In this document: positions 62,731 through 64,000 of the stretch, in pieces
Layout of the letters: every line of letters begins with the position of its first letter
Position numbering within the stretch: position 1 is the first letter of the stretch
Source of the DNA: Octopus vulgaris
Lineage: Eukaryota
DNA length: 64,000 nucleotides
NCBI GenBank assembly: GCA_951406725.2
Contig: OX597818.1
Location: 38,130,001-38,194,000 of the forward strand
Direction of reading: 5' to 3'
The notes under the pieces: generated by a model
The model's database searches: none
What the model was told of the DNA's origin: nothing
Seen by the model: the letters and a program-made list of their open reading frames with translations, nothing else
Made by a program: the position numbers and the translations under genes

Positions 62731-63200
62731 CATCATCATTTAACATCCGCTTTCCATGTTAGCATGGGTTGGACGATTTGACTGAGGTCTAGCGAACCAG
62801 ATGGCTGCACCAGACTCCAATCTGATCTGGCAGAGTTTCTACAGCTGGATGCCCTTCTTAATGCCAACCACTCCGAGAGTGTAGTGGGTGCTTTTACGTG
62901 CAACCGGCACAAGGGTCCGTCAAGCGGTACTGGCAACAGCCACGCTCAGATGGTGCGTTTTATGTGCCACCTGCACAGGAGCCAGTCCAGCGGCACTGGC
63001 AACGACCTCACTCGAATGTTTTTTTCACGTGCCACCAGTACAAGTGCTAGTAAGGCGATGCAGGTAACGATCACGCTCGAATGGTGTTTTTACCATGCCA
63101 TCGGCACGGAGGTCAGCTTGTTACTCTGGCAACGATCTCGTTCATATGGTACTCTTAGCGCTCCACTAGCACAGATGCCAGTCATCGAATTTGATTTGGT
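62731..63200 (-). mobile_element. RTE 3' end (family E) with internal array
   Basis: Reverse complement of the 6570-7125 subtype. Confidence 0.78.
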
Positions 63201-63349
63201 AAATTTGATAAAAGCATACTACAATAACAGGTAGAAATTATGCAATGCACTCCATAAAAACAAATCACTGAATCATATTGTTTACTGACTATGAAAATTT
63301 GCATTTGAAAACTTTTATTGAAGAAAGACCAAATATTTGTCGTGAATGA

Positions 63350-63728
63350 TGCAGGCATGGCTGTGTGGTTAAGAAGCTTATTTCCCAACCATGTAGTCTT
63401 GAGTTCAGTTCCACTGTGCAGCAGTGCAACACTGGCCAAGTGTCTTCTGCTATAGTCCCAGACCAACCAAAGCCTTGTGAGTGGGTTTGGGAGACAGAAA
63501 CTAAAAGAAGGCTCTATGTGTGTGTGTCTCTCTCTCTCTCCTTGTCTTGACATCACATGAAGGTTGTAAATGAGCATCACCATCATGCAAGCAATGTTGC
63601 TCATTCCAAGTCTTCCACAGAAAACGTGTCTGGCAACAGGTGAGGGGCTAGCAACAGGAAGGACAGCCGTTCATAGAAAAACCTGTCACAACAGATTCCA
63701 TTTGACCCATGCAAGCATAGAAAAGTGT
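63350..63728 (+). mobile_element. SINE with family A head and RTE-type tail
   Basis: ggcatggctgtgtggttaag head; ends gcaacaggaagg..gacccatgcaagcatagaaaagtg. Confidence 0.65.
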
Positions 63729-63880
63729 ATTTCTTTACTGCCCACAAGGGGCTAAACATAGAGGGGGACAAACAAGGACAGACAAAGGGATTAAGTCGAT
63801 TACATCGACCTCAGTGGGAAACTGGTACTTTATTTATCGACCCCGAAAGGATGAAAGGCAAAGTCGACCTTGGCGGAATG
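63729..63880 (-). mobile_element. SINE family B, 3' part
   Basis: tttctttactgcccacaaggggctaaac..gtcgaccttggcggaat. Confidence 0.8.
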
Positions 63881-64000
63881 TGGCCATTAAATGATAATGG
63901 TAATGATGATAAGGCAGATTGGGAGGTTTTTATTAGGACACTATCACTAGAAATTCTCTCTTTTTTAAACCTTTTCCATCTCACATCAGTCTGAGCTGTT

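Overview
AT-rich, repeat-dominated eukaryotic (animal) DNA. The tRNA-derived SINE families, microsatellites and RTE/Penelope/Helitron content resemble an octopus (coleoid cephalopod) genome; this is inference, not a database result. Only two host coding exons are recognisable, both on the minus strand. One is coding exon 1 of a leprecan-family gene (prolyl 3-hydroxylase/CRTAP-like, 19974-20405), whose first intron apparently runs off the left end. The other is the last coding exon of a SEFIR-domain Act1/CIKS-like gene (60837-61130). The rest is mostly transposon debris: a decayed Copia-like element with an internal inverted segment, RTE LINE pieces, Penelope remnants with hammerhead-like motifs, mariner, maT (DD37D) and hAT relics, piggyBac-, pogo-, hAT- and GG-terminated 8-bp-TSD MITEs, stacked Helitrons, a solo LTR and about 30 SINEs. 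Most ORFs in the supplied track are repeat artefacts. I found no convincing new multi-gene system. The most notable signals are a CpG-decay footprint of gene-body methylation read from paired repeat copies, minimal hammerhead-like folds, mix-and-match SINE heads and tails, a 669-bp foldback MITE, and a Helitron stack carrying a 166-bp tandem array. Element boundaries without TSDs are approximate.
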